64,000 bases of DNA, taken from NCBI GenBank assembly GCA_964035545.1, contig OZ037768.1, positions 20,009,700 through 20,073,699 of the forward strand. Reading direction: 5' to 3'. This document shows positions 1 to 15,000 of this stretch, piece after piece. The DNA comes from Bugula neritina. Lineage: Eukaryota; Animalia; Bryozoa. The stretch's first letter is position 1. Every line of letters begins with the position of its first letter. The notes under the pieces were generated by a model. That model was not told where the DNA came from. It was given only the letters and a program-made list of their open reading frames with translations, and did no database searches. A program made the position numbers and the translations under genes.

Positions 1-3000
1 TATTGGTTACAGACTAGGTAAATGTTTTTACCATAATCAGTTTTAACACGCATTGCTGTACCATGAGAAATATTACTCCTGTTTAATGTATGCATTTAAT
101 GGCATAAAATTTGTAATTTACCTGTATAGATGACTACACTGCATTACCGACTACCACCATTCAGCCTGGAACACATGGAAATACAGTTTGGTTGACAGTC
201 AACTTGGGGGTTTCAAGACGAGTTTACTCTATCATTGTCTTTTTCGATAGCTCTAGTAAGTGGACAGTTTCTATGTTTTATTTTTTTTCTTTTCTGGTTT
301 TTATTTTTTTTTTGCAGCTATTTAAGTCAGGTGCCAATATTCATTGCCCACTGGATATATATGTTGAACGGTTTATTGATGTCTATATATACCACATCAT
401 GCTCTATGTTTGTACTCTACTTTATTGTTGATTATATTTAATTAATCTTTCCTTGAATTGAAAATTTAAAAAATATAAAGAGAGCTAGCTGTATGGAACT
501 TGTGTGTTGTGTTTGTAGATTCTCCTAGCAGTACAGCTGATGTGCATGTACTAACATCTCAAGCTAAATCTATTAAGAACATTGTATTGGTGAATGACCG
601 AGTCTGGTCGAGAAGATCTTTGGAAAAACTTAGAGCTCCATATGGAGTTGTGTCACTGAGTCCTCCTCAGTATATTCAACACGTTGCTCTACTCACAGCT
701 TCTGATAGTAACTTACGAATTTCTGAAGTGATGGTTCTTGGAAGAGGTTAGTGAAGTATTCTGTATGTCAATATCAATATTTAGAAACTGATATTTTGTG
801 TGTTGCGCTTGTAAACTGAGTAAAGCTTTTGTGATTTGGGCAAAGTGTCACAATCCTTTGCCTACCCTAGTTGTTCTCTTGCATTTTATATGTTGACTTT
901 TTAAGCAAGTTGCTGTGTAACAGAGGTATATTGTATTGTATGTTCTGTTTCTAGGACAAGGGTGTATGTTTAAAACTGGTATGGAGAATTTTGCTTCCTA
1001 TGCTGAAGATAACTTTGACTTGAACAACAGGCATGTTGGTAGTAGTTTTAATCTGGATTGTAAATCAAAACTATGGCAGAAGAAGTGTGAAAACTGTTCC
1101 TCAAAAGTATTCTGTGTGTACGAGATTGGCAGTGATGGAACCAGCTTTGATATGGTGTGGGATGTGACTGAGCAGCAGAAACTCTACTGTAGAAGTATGC
1201 CTCTACTTTTAATCTCAATTCTAACATCAAACCAATCAATACAGTATTTATTTTAACAAGTTCACATGTTGTAGTTTTCAAAAACTTCTATGTTTTCAGA
1301 TTCTAGTGTATGTCTGGTCAGTGATATTCAGTTCTCTGCTATTTCTCTTCCTTCTCACTTTTCTATAAGATCTGAGGCTGAGTATATTTTTCCCGGAGAT
1401 TCTATTTCTGTCTATTGTCCTGATTCATCAGCAACACCACGTTACACACTGCTTTGCTCGTAAGTTTATTAATAAAGTGTATCCAATTACCTGCTATTAT
1501 AAGCATTTAATTAAACTGCTACATTTAATACCTATTATGTTATACAATGCAGGTCTTCATTAACATGGCAACTGGAATCAAATTTCTCGATGTCTTGTCC
1601 ACAAGAAGACATGACTGGCAAGAACTTGGCTTCTTTGGGCTCTGCCACTCAGAGTTCAATATCTCTAGGAAGTGCTGATGTAGCGATTGATGGTGTATTT
1701 AATTTTACTAGAGGTGTTGACGTGTACACAGCAACTTTGTGGGCACCTGACCAATGGTGGAAAGTAGATCTTGGTCATATCATTGCACTATCTCAGGTCG
1801 TCGTCGCCTTCCCTTATGATCAAGGTTTGTTGAATCAAATCATTTTACATAGAAAAAATAGCATACAAGTTGCTATATTTTGTTATTTAGAATACTTCCA
1901 TTCAGCTGTTGATAAATTCACAGCACTACTTATCTATTTTACTTATGGTTTTGGTTTTGCATTGTTTTGGGACGCTTTAGATTATATTTTGTTCATGAAC
2001 TATGTTTTAACATAGTTCATGCTCTCTATTTATTATGTAATATTTCAGATACTTACAATTGGAGCCTTAGTTTTTTCATAAAAACTTCAGTTTTGGTAGA
2101 ATATCATTCTGATATTTCTCGAGATACGCCCTTCTATTATTATTCATATTTGTACGAGGGAACTACCACTAAACCGATCCTCATTATGAATTTACCTGAG
2201 AACGCACCTGCTAGACACGTTGCAATATTATCACTCCAGAACTCTTCATTAGCTCTGCAAGAGGTTCAGGTGTTTGGTAAAAGTATGTACTCAAATATAT
2301 TGCTCTTTAAAGTTCATGTACTGTTTTATAACTTTGCCAAAGTTTCTCTGTCTTAATTACAGCTATTGAAACATGCAAATTGTTTAGAACTCATGTAGCA
2401 TTCATCAACATGTTTGGACTTTCGGTAATTGTTTTATGATGTTACTTCATTGCAGGTGTTGAAATGTGCAAGTTTTTTCTATTAACAGATTCGTACTATT
2501 AAAACTTGTCTTTTTGTTCAGATCTTTTTATCGTGGGTTTCAACTATTTATATTTCCCTTATGATTATCTTTATTCCGTCATTGTGTAAATTGTAATGTG
2601 TATATAAACAAGAAAATGTAAATCCTGCTTTTGGTGGCACTCAATTATAGATAATTATGAAGAAATTATCTGTTTAGGTAGCTTGGCTCGGTTTGGTGCT
2701 GTATCAAGTAGCACCAGTTCTCCCCTCAGTGGCTCTCACAAAGCCAATGATGAAGTGATTGGTTTACACAGGTACTTTATGTCGCAGCTTGAAGTTTCTA
2801 GGTCATGGTGGATGGTGGATCTTGATCACCTCTCGTGGTTATATTCAGTTTATATTTACCCAGCTGGTTAGTTCCTTTCAGTTTTACATAGTCTTGTCAG
2901 TTTTCCAGACACTGTTAGCATTTCTCTGCATACTCTGTCTTGTAGCCAGTCAATTTTTGAAGTGTTTTGTTTCCAGGTTTTCTTGATCAGCAATTTGATG

Positions 3001-6000
3001 TCTACACATCAGTGGATGAAGAGAGAAGCTGTTGGGGAGAAACTCCATTAACTTGTGCATCTATGTTTCTTGTGTTGAATGAAAGTACACTTGGCCTGTT
3101 GGAAGAATCTGTGTTGGCTAGAGTAGTAGCTGTAGTGTCTAAATCTTCTACACTAATACTTGAAGAAGTACTGATATTTGGTGAAACTCCTTCAAGTATG
3201 TGTATTGATTAAAGAAAGAGTTAACCTTTGTTTCACAATAATCAAAGTAACCTCGATAAACTTCATATTGTTTCACATTGAATTTTACAAACATTTCAAT
3301 AATTTTTATTAAAGTGGCAGCTCTTCTAATGACTCATTTTAGTACTTGTGATAGCTGTTCACAGCAAGCATGGATATAATCTTTTCAAAATTAATTTTGT
3401 TAAAATTGTAAACACGCGTGGACATGCTGTTTTAGAGAACCTTGCACTAGGGAAACCTACATCAAATAGAACTACTGCTGGAAATGAAGCTAGACTTGCT
3501 GTAGATGGCATGTGGAGTACATTTTATCAAAGTTTCCCTATTGGTACCCAGTGGTTGATAGTTGATCTGGAGACGTTTCATCTGATTAGTGAGATTGTTG
3601 TTTTCTGGCACCAAAACCAAACAGGTTTGTAGCAAGTGTTATTTTAAGTAGTATTTCAAAATGTCTGCATTTTTAAGGAGCATACCAAAATTAGGGTATA
3701 GGAAATTAGTTTACTTTCTAATCTCTCAGCACAAATTATGAAATCAGCATTAGTTGGTAAGTATGAACTTTATTATTTATATATAGTAATATACCTATAT
3801 AACTATTGTATTTATTGCTAAATAGCTAATATGCTAGTAGCTATAATAGCTATTATAAACTATCTGGAGTAATTTTCAATTTGCATGAATTTGTGTGGGA
3901 CAAAAAATAGTAATAAATTAATAATAGACATTATCTGTAATAAATACTTATTATCGAAATATTTTTTCCAACAGCAAGAAGTATAGAAAAAGCAAAATAA
4001 TTAAGTTAATGCAGATTAAAGAAATTTATTTATGTGCTAAATAACAAGCAATTGATCCAAGTTTATTTAAATGTACATATATTTCAATAATATTCAATTA
4101 AAATGCACATATAATATATATTGTATCAAAATAAATAGTGTCTAGCTGGGAAGCGTCCATGTGTGAAGTGTCTAAGTGGGAAATTTAGCCTATTCTTATA
4201 TCTGTCTACTTAAGATGAAACCTTCCTTTTATCAACTAAATATATTTTTCTTTCAACAATGAACTTATTTACAAATGCAGTCAAATCTTCTCCTCCACCA
4301 ATTCGCATAACAACGTCTCGGGACGATAAAGATCATGGAAAAATGTGTGACTTTGCCTGGACTGACGACTTCACAGAATCTTTGGACCATCCAGGCAATA
4401 GTTATTACAGATACGAGAAATGGAGGTTTGCCAGAAGAGTGAAGATATCTGTTCCCTTTGTTCGTGCTTATTTTGGACTTCACATTAGAGAGGTCTTGAT
4501 TTTTGGTAGTGGTAAGTTGTACTTTATACTTTTCAAAAAGTTTAAATGTTTTGCATTTTCTGTATATGAATGAGTAAGAAAAGTTTTGCAGAATAATAAT
4601 GGTATTTTACTGTACTTTTCTTGCGATATAATTTAGGATGTCTTTTTTACTATTTCACGTGTAACACTACAATCGCTTTTCAGATGATATCGGCAGTGTA
4701 TGCATGATGAAAGATATAGATTCTGACCTCCCTGAAGTTCATGTTGGTAGTAAGATTATACTAGAGTCAGTGTCTGACTATATCCGACCTGGAGAGAAAA
4801 TTTCTCTTGTCTGTCCTCAAGGTCAAGGTTTCAACACATCGTCTCAAAATCTCTCATTGGTTGAAACTCTAGTTTGCTCGTGAGTAATTCAATGGTTGAT
4901 TGTCAAATGGATTTGTTGTAAATGCCATTTATTTTCTGCCGTTATATTATATTCTAGTATTTTATGTAGTGGTGTTTAGTTAGGAAAAGTAATTGATTCT
5001 GACTTAGTATTCGATTTATTTTGATATATTTCAATTTTATGCAACTCTTGATCGTTTTGATAAATGCTTCTTTAAATCTTTAGGAGAGGAACCTGGGCAA
5101 GCCATGGAGAATCAATCAGTTGCATGGGTAAACTCACTACTTCTTGCTTCATTGAAAAGTGTTTTATAGTGTTGAGAAGTTTGTTATTATAATTGCTTCC
5201 AAGTTATTTGCATTTAATGTGACTGAGTTAGCAATATGTATCTCCATGCATCATGGTATGATTTGTATCTGTCTATAGATATAGCCTGTGAACCACCATC
5301 AAACAGTTCACTGTACGAGTACTCTGGTAGCGTCACAATAGATAACTTGATACCTCTAAATCAGACTCTACTGCTAACATGTGATAATGGAATATCATAT
5401 GAATCTCAGTGCAGTAAAAATGGTAACATGAGAATTGGACAGTGGATGCCCCCTCTCACTTGTGGTATGTTTTTTAGTCTTCTGCTAGTGAAAAGTGTCT
5501 GAGAACATGATTTTTGTAACTTTGAAACTAGAAACACGTCTGCAATAATTGGTTTTACAGACTACCAAGAATGCAGTTGGTTCAGTCAACCTGATATATG
5601 GGAAAGAGAGTTGGAGAAGTTTAGAATTGATAGAAAGCAAGAAAATATTATTCTCCTTCATAACTCTGTGGTGTTTAATTGTATGGAGGGTTACCATGGT
5701 AACACGGCTGAGTACATCTGCATGATGTAAGTCATTTTACAAGCGGTACTTTATAAATTTATAGATTGTGTCTCTAAGATTTATAATTTTTTCTAGGAAA
5801 GACAAAAATTATAAATATATTCTCCATATGGCTCCCTGCTTCTAACAACTAATGTCAACGTCTTTGTACTAATATACTCTTTCTTGTAAGTTTATTTCAA
5901 TACACTTTTTCATTTTATGGTTACATGTGTGTACTTACAGTGATTCATCTGGTCTAGTCTCATTGGCAGCTGTTCATCAAAGTTCTGACTCTTGTACTGG

Positions 6001-9000
6001 TCAGTATCAATTGCATTACATTTAGTTGCAATATATTTATTCCCGAGCTTATTAAAAAAAATATCCCTCTTCTTTAATGCTTTGATTTAGAGATCTTGTT
6101 TGCAATTTTCATTCTATTCTAATATTTACAGTGAATATGTGTCCTGCACCATCTGTTGCTCACTACGCTGGATACACCAAACAGTATACTGCTGACTGTA
6201 TAAATGGTAACTCGTGTCAAGTTAGAGAGACTGTGGAACTGAAGTGTACAGATGAGGAAACAGAACCTCTGAATAAACACATCTGTGAGAGTTCTTCTAA
6301 TCAGACAGACTGGCTCCCTCGGTCTACCTGTGGTAAGTTCTCTCTCTCTCTGGGGTGCAATTTTTCAACGAATCATCATTGGCTATGCCAAACGCGACTA
6401 TTCATTGTAAGATTGCTACAGTTCAATAACACTCACTGATGTAACACCTGATAAGCATGATTGTGCTTAAAACAATGACTTTATTATTTACTGTGATCTC
6501 TATGCATTACGTATAGGATATAGGGAAAAGTACGCAGGGAACCTGAAGTTTATAAAGCATATCATTTTTCTGCCATGTGTGGCAATAGCTATACTGTAAT
6601 AACTTGCATAGGCCTATACTATAATAAAAATACACATGGAGCTTAAAGTTTACAAAATATTTCAGTGTTTTGTCTTCCATTACACTAACCATACGATCAT
6701 TGGAAAGTCACAGGTCCTATTCTTTTAGATACACGTTGTGGTCTACCTCCAAGAATCTATGGTTTAGACTGTACAAATAACATACCTATAGAGTTGAACT
6801 CAGAACATCAGAAGTTTCCCAACAGTATGAGGATAGAATGTTCATGTCTGGCTGGTTTTGAACCAGTTAATATATCTCAACTTATTTACATGACTTGTAA
6901 TGGTGAAATTGGTGAATGGGTTCTTTCCTCCGTCAACCCATGCATCTGTAAGTCTTTTATTTTATCTGCATCTTGTTCTCATCTGCTTAGGTTATTTCAG
7001 AGTTTTTAGACACATCAATCAAAAAATCCTGAAAACATGGAGTCTCACTCTCTTGCAATTATTCATTCTATCAAGTGCATCAGACTTCATGTTTATTCTA
7101 TTACTTTAGCATAAGTCAATCATTCTGAATACTAAAACTATATAGTGGCCAGTGGCTTTTATTTCAAAATTCCATCTGAATATTATTCTGTTTTTTTATC
7201 CATTTCAACACACAATTATAGTTGAATCATTATAGAAAAGAGTTGAGCTACCAGAATTGAAGTCTGCACTATCTGCCTTTCCCTCGGTTATCTCTTATGG
7301 GTGTTCCTCAGTCGTTCACATGTTTTAATTTATTTTTAATAAATAATAAATTAACACTGTGGAACATTCAAATAATTACCATAATTATATTAATAATGGA
7401 TTTGTGTAGTGATGACTGAAGAAACATGGTCAGCCAACAGTTCTCAACTGCTGTATGCTAAACTAGATGAATATCCAGTGAGAGCTACAGTGTGCAATGC
7501 TGGGTTTTACATGGATGTGTCATACCCTAACAGACACTTTGTGGTTGATGTCACACCAGCTGAGGATATTGAAGAGACAGAAGTCATATGTTTGCGTATG
7601 TTTATTTTTTGTTGTTTCAATGTTAAATTTTATTTTGTGTTTGTAATGTCATGCTGTTCTTAGCATCTTTAGCTAATTTACCAATATGTTGTAGGTGGCT
7701 GTGATGCTAGTTCTCTTTTGGGTGAGAGTAATAACTTCACACTTCAACCTCTCAAGCAGTTTTATGGACCTGGCGAAGATGCTGTTTTTGATTGCAAATC
7801 TACCAACAACACTTTGATGGGTTTATATGGTATGCATTTTAAAATAATCTTCTAATGTTGATTTCTCTAAAAGAAAAGTCAACAATCAAATATAATAGTA
7901 ATTTATGTTTAATCTAGTAAGTTTTTTCTTTCTCATCAGCATATTAAGTTTCTTTCTAAACATACACAAAAACATTTTAGTTGATGAAAGAATATTCAAA
8001 TGTATTGTGACCATTCAACTGAACATCGAAACTAACTTGAATGAGACTACCTTGCAGTGGAATACTCTGCCCCATGATGTTTACTGTGAAGGTGAATGTT
8101 TTTTCTATTTAATTTTTATAGTTATCTTCTGCTTGTCTAAAAAATTTGAGGTTACTTTAATGTTGCTTAGCTTTTAATGGATGAACGTTTCGTCATTTTA
8201 GCACAAGTCCTAAATACAGAGCCGGAGGTCATCACCAGGAAGTAAGTTGACATTATCTTTAATTATCTTTATTAATATAACAGTTTCAACATAAATATTT
8301 AAAATTTACCCGCAATAATTTAAAGTTACGATCTAATAAAGCAGAATAATTTGTAACTTGTAACTTGGGTGTGTTTTATTTATTTGTAGATCATACGGGT
8401 CAATCAAGTTTGCTGGTGAGATCCTGAATTCTCTCCTTACTAATTCAGCTGACACAACTTCTATTGTACTCATTTTAGTAAAGAAAATGTAGATTGTAGA
8501 TATTCTTATTCAAGGCAATATAGTAAAAAATATAGTAAATTTTCAGAAATAGTGGAGTATTCATTGACTTATCAGTGAGTTCCATTATATATTTGCCTTT
8601 ATACCTGTGTTATAGACCAGGTAGAAGTTGCTCTCTTGTCACTGTGGGACATTACTGTGAGCTCTTCAGATGAATCCAGAGGTGTATTAGTCGACCACAG
8701 ATTAGATTATGTCTGGCAATCACAGGCTACTACTGGCCAATGGGCGATGTTGGAATTTCAAAAATTTATCTCTGTTGTCACAATTCGACTCTACCTTCCA
8801 AAGGCAGCTAGTGAGTTTTTACGTCACCAAAGTATGGCAGCTATGCTGTATATGTTAATAGTCTATGTAGCTTCAAGACATGAATCGCATATATCCGTTG
8901 TTTTATGCGTTCATCTTGCAATATTAGGAATACCACAAGTTGAGAAGTTGTCTATCCTATCTACACTCTCTTCCAATGATCAAACACCTGATTTTGATGA

Positions 9001-12000
9001 TGGCTTCTGGGTAAAACATTTCTACTCAGAGCAACCAATTGGTGGTGACATGAAAGACTTCAACTTTAATGTTGGAACTGTTAGATGTTACAAGATAGCT
9101 CTGCATTCAAACAGCTCCCAGGGACTTGCCTTAAGAGAGATTCAAACGTACCATTTAGGTATAGATAAACTGGCTGACACTTGCCTGTATCCATAGTCTA
9201 TTTTAAAACCTTTAAAAAGTCTCACTTACTATACTTTTTGACTGTGCATGTCTCATAATCAATTATTTTCTATTTTTAGCTAATCTGCTTCATATCAACT
9301 CTACGGCTGTTAGTAGCACCTCAGTTGGAAACTCTTCAGCGAAAAATGTCATCGATGGAGTAGCTGTTACATATGATCATAATTCCTATTTTAAATCTTT
9401 GTCTGGTAGACACCCTTGGCTAGCTTTGTATCTTGGTGATCGATATTTCTTGATAGACATCGCATTAGTGATGAACAGCAATGGTGAGTATAAAGTATAA
9501 ACACGGTTGGAGTTTGCTTGAAAAGTTACAGACAAACCAAACGCACACCCGCACACATACATCTTGCCAATATTTTGTATTCATGTGTTTTAGATGTAAC
9601 TGGTACAAACACCTCTCTCTTCTACAAGCTGGATATAGATACTTCAGCTATTTACGAATCAGGAAACAGTATGTGGACTGATATTGGTTCCTTAAGTGTA
9701 GACTCACCAAATGTTCTGATAGTCAGTCACCCTGTGGATGTGTTTGCTAGTCACCTGGCTGTGGTTGGACAGAGTCATAGTAGTCTTATTATTAATGAGA
9801 TAATGGTGTTTGGTTACATTCTCAGTAAGTCACACTTATCTCGTTATTTGTTTGGCTGTTGCTTTAGTTGAGCCTATTTTACTATGTGTCAGCTGATCAA
9901 ATTTGTTCAGCTCTTCATCATTTTATTATAATATTATGAATATCTTACAAATTCAATGAGTCAGAGCTGAGTGTTATAACATTGTACTGATTTAATTTTT
10001 TGTTCATTTACAACTCAACTTATGTTACAGAAAACTTTGCTGGTGTTGGTGAGACTATGCAGAGTTCAGAAGAATTGGTGGGAGTAACTGGAGCTGAGAA
10101 TGCAGTTGACGGTCTGATATTTGATGAAAGTGTTTATTCTCAAACAGAATCAGATGGACATCAGTGGTGGAGAGTAGATCTGTTGGCTTTACGCAGAATT
10201 TATTCCATTGTCATTTACTCTAGTCTGGCAGGTAAGTGTTTCCTTTATTTTAAGCTATTTCCTATTTGGCCAATTGGTTCTGTAGGTTTTGCATTTCTCA
10301 TCGTTGCGGTGATAGTATATATCGAGTAGTTTAATGTTTTGTAGTTTTCTTGTTCAATTATGCCATTCTATTTCAGATTCTCCAGCATCCAATATCCAAG
10401 TATTGGGTAGTCAAGGTGTAACTGCTGCAAACCCACATCTGTACAAGAATACATGGGCTATAGAGTTATATAATGGCATAGCATTTTTATCTCCATATCA
10501 TGCCATTCACTTGGACCAGTCTAAACTACTTCGTCATGTTGCTATACTATCTGGAGATGATGTTGGCTTACTACTGACTGAAGTAGAGCTCTATGGAAAT
10601 GGTGAGTACTCCCGTAGAGTGCGTTCCCTATTCACTTCCAAGTATTTAGGTATAATTAGTTTACTCTTGTAGTCCTTTTAATATATTTAGTACTTCTTGA
10701 TAGGTGGTTATTTTTGCATATTCGTTTTGATATTGCCACCTGTTTGTTATATCCTAATTAGAATAAAAATATTGGCAAATTAAGTGTGAGGAAGTTCAGT
10801 GCCTGATTTATTTTGTATTACTTCATCAGCTCCATCACTATACCTTTCTGTTACTATGATTTATTCTTCAAGGAGAATCAGTTATAGTGAATAGCTATAA
10901 TATCAGTAATAAAATTATTCAGCCTAAGTACTAGATTAAGCATATTTTTTGTTAAAATGTATATAATATACATATTATGTATTATATGTATAATTATATC
11001 ATACTTATGTAAGTACTCTGTAATTATACATTCATTGCTTATAAAATCGTGTCTCTGGATATTTTAAGCTACTGCATCCAGTGTTTGCATGTTAAGTCAT
11101 ACCAAGCGGAAAATAAATCATTGGTTTTTATTATGCAAATTAAATTAATTGTTATCTTTTTTTAGATCAAGTGTGCATCTTTCGAGATGGTGATGAAAGT
11201 TATTCTCGTTTGGCTACTGATGAGACAGACTTCAGACGCAGATATCCTGGAGAGTCCTTTGAACTAAAGTGTCCTCAGTCTATGTCAGTTGTTTGTCCCA
11301 ACTGTTCAGCTACAGTGACATGCTCACCGGATATTGATAGTAGTACTGGTGTATTTGACATGTTCTGGAATGTAACAGAAGAACAGAAACTTTACTGTCA
11401 AGGTACCGTGGCTCATCCTGTTTTGCTGGTTTGATTGTTTTTATTATAGCAAATAGTGTTCTAATATTATAGTGCATGAGCATTTAATTCTCAAAATACT
11501 TTACATAAGCCTGCACTACAATGTCAATGTTTCCTTTTTCAGTTTAAAATTATTCAATTTTAGATAACGCTTGTGTTTTCAAACCTGGTGAAGAAAGCTA
11601 CGCTAATTTAGCTGATGATGCCACAGACTTTAGACACAGATATCCTGGAGAGTCCTTTGAACTAAAGTGTCCTCAGTCTATGTCAGTTGTTTGTCCCAAC
11701 TGTTCAGCTACAGTGACATGCTCTCTGAATATTGATAGTAGTACTGGTGTATTTGACATGTTCTGGAATGTAACAGAGGAGCAGAAACTTTACTGTCAAG
11801 GTATCATGACTCATTATTTTACTAATCATGTTCTGTTGGTTTAATTGTAAATATTATAGCTAACAATGGTTTTCTAATGATACAGTATCGCTTTTTGGAC
11901 TGAAGGATTTACTCAAGTTTTCCATCAATTAATGCGTTGTCTGCTGGTATTATTACTGTTAGGCATGATTTGGTTAACTTGGTTTAAAATTATAATTCCT

Positions 12001-15000
12001 CATTGGATGGTGTCAATTATCAGTTTACCTGTAGCATATTCTTTCTTTTTATATTATTATAAAAACCTTCTCACTAATTTGTGAACTGCCATTTGTTGTG
12101 TTTCCAGATATAACTTTGTGTACTCAAAGAGATGCTAATAATGCTTTGCCTGCGGCTCTCAGTCTTGTGAAGCCATCGAAATATTTGATAGCTGGTAGTC
12201 TTCAACCATACCAGTGCAGCTCTCACCGTTCAGGAGTTTCAAGTAGAGGAATTCCACTGGCCTACAGTTATTTTATTTGCAGGTACTTTATTCACTTTTA
12301 AATAACAATTTAATTATTGATAATATGTTACCATTTAGCAAGGCACTATAATCTTCTATTCTAGTTTTATCCAAGTTAAGCAGAAGTTTTAGTATTATGT
12401 TAACTTCAATAATACTATATAATCAGTAACTTATTATTAGGGTGACTTAAATGCTCAAGAGTTTAATTAAATTTGATGGGTAAATTTTAGGGACACTTAA
12501 TATTGTTAAAACTTTGAATTTAATATTCTATTTACTTCAGCAAATTGATCCAAAATGTTTTGCTGCCAAAATAAAACTACATTCACAGCTCACTGTGTGG
12601 AACTCTTGAGAAATTCACCAAATAAAATCAGGGTGTTAGGGATGCGTTTTTCAACTTGCAGCTCTGAAGGAAAGTGGGCTGTTGGTGACCCGGAGAACAC
12701 GATTGCCAGCTGTATTAATCGTACCACATCAGAAATTAACCTGGCTATTAATAAAACTACAGACATTAGTTCCATCTCATCTGGGAATCTTTCATATCTC
12801 GTTGATGGATTATTTGATACTTCTGGAAGTTCTGTCGAGATTCTGTCTACAGACAGTGAAGCTAACCAGTGGTGGAAGATTGACTTATTTGCTATATATG
12901 GTATCCGTGAAGTCATTCTCTATGGCTCTAATGGTAAGGCGTTATGCTTACATATAATTAACTACAGAACGCCTGATAAAATGTTAGTGTAATTCTGTAA
13001 CACCTTTCATATTCAATTTCTAGACACACTGCACACCATTCAACAACTACACATATTGACATCTGTTGCCACATACCCTGACAGTGTGCCTTCAGTTTAT
13101 AGCGATTCATGGAACTCAATACATGTATATGATGGACCAACCACACATTGGATTGTCAATGTACAGTTTACATATAGAGCACCTGCTAGGCATGTCGCTC
13201 TGTTGTCTCTATATGATGAAGGATTTGGTCTACAAGAAGTAGAGGTTCTTGGGACAGGTCAGTGATAGAGCTTGCATTTATATTTTGAGGACTACATAGC
13301 ATTTTTTTGATACTTTAATGTTTTATGGTTTGTTTGGAAATGAAAGCACTAAAATTAATCAATTGTGTTACACAGTTTACATTCATGCAATGTATGCCTC
13401 TTTTTGTAGAGAATCTTGCATTTGGTACGCCGTTTGAAGTTAGCAGTGTCTCTCCATACGACAGGCGCCATGCAGCTAAAGTTATTGACGGAATAGTTGG
13501 AGCCATTGAATGTTTTAAAACGGATGTTGGAAAGGGCCAGTGGTTTATGGTGGATCTGTTGAGTGAATATCAACTAGAATGGGTCTATGTTTATTCCGTT
13601 GGTAAGTTCTTATTAAACATCTTTCAGTTGATATTCTATTCTATGCCTTTGTCTATTGTGATTTATGGTATGAGTGTTTACTAGCTTCTCTGTATTATGT
13701 ACTATCATTCTCATCTTGCAGAATTGGCAGCAGATTATGCTACCCTTTATGCTGCCAGTGAGATTCGATCTACTCACTGGGGCGTAGATCCAACCGAACA
13801 CCCAGATCACTGGGCTGCTAATTTCACTCTCAATCAACTATCTGCTGGTCTGCTTTCAACTATGTTCAGGGAGAAGTTCTTTGCTCAGAGCCTTGCGCTC
13901 TACAGTCTATTGGACTATGGTCTGGTCATAGACGAGCTTATTGTTTTTGGATCCCTTGAACAAGGTATTTCCTGCTCTTTTATTCATGCACTCATATTCA
14001 ACATGATTGGCAATAGCTGCTGTTCTATGCAGCCAATTAAACATTTTTTTAAAAATGCTTTTAAGCTGATGAGTTTTTGTGTGTATTCAATTTTCATTAT
14101 AGTTCTACTATAATTGTATTTGCCATTGTAATGAAATTGTACTGATTTAGGTTATAAATACAATTTATATTAACATTTATTACAGAGCCACTTTGTGGAG
14201 AAGATCTTCAATATAGTATTTGGGAAGCCGAACGCCTCAATCATAGACTTCTTGGTGGAGAGCCGAGAAAACTACCAATCAACAAATCTGTAACATTTGT
14301 CTGTCAAGATGGGTACATTGGGGACGCTGTGAACTACACCTGTACTTGGTAAGTTCTACATGTCATACTGTATGGATAACTGTACTAGCTGCAGTTGTGG
14401 TGGCACTGCAAGTGTTTTATAATGTGCCCTTGCAATTTCTATTTGCATTTGAATGGCTTGCGGTTGTAACCTTTATTTCACTGTTTGAAATGTGATTGTG
14501 AAACCCCTAATAAGCACTTGCAACTCTGTTAGTCCTATGCACAGCGATAATTACTCGAGATGTTTTGTATGGGCAAGGTTTGCGAGTTAAAATGGTACTA
14601 TACTTTTACTCTCTTCTATTTCTACTTAGTTACATATCATTTTTTCTTCGCAGGGAGGCATATAAAGGGCCTGTATTGAAGCTTCTTTCTGACAGCAGCT
14701 TTGCTTCCTGCCAAGGTTTGATAGTAATACTCAGCTTTTTTATTTCTGCAACTGTCACAACATTTTAGTTGTGTGATTTACTTACAACTGAAAGGTTTAG
14801 TGTGTATTCTTTGTTTTCTCCAATTGATGTTAAAGAATGCAAAGTAGTACAGTTAGATGGTTTATGCAAAAATATAATTTTTTTTCTAGGTTGGTCTTAG
14901 CCTTGACAGTTTTTCTTAAGTCATCAGCTTGTAATACAAAATATCAACTTTAACTAATTTTCAGTTTGTATTTTTATTAACCAAATGTATTGTCAAGGTA

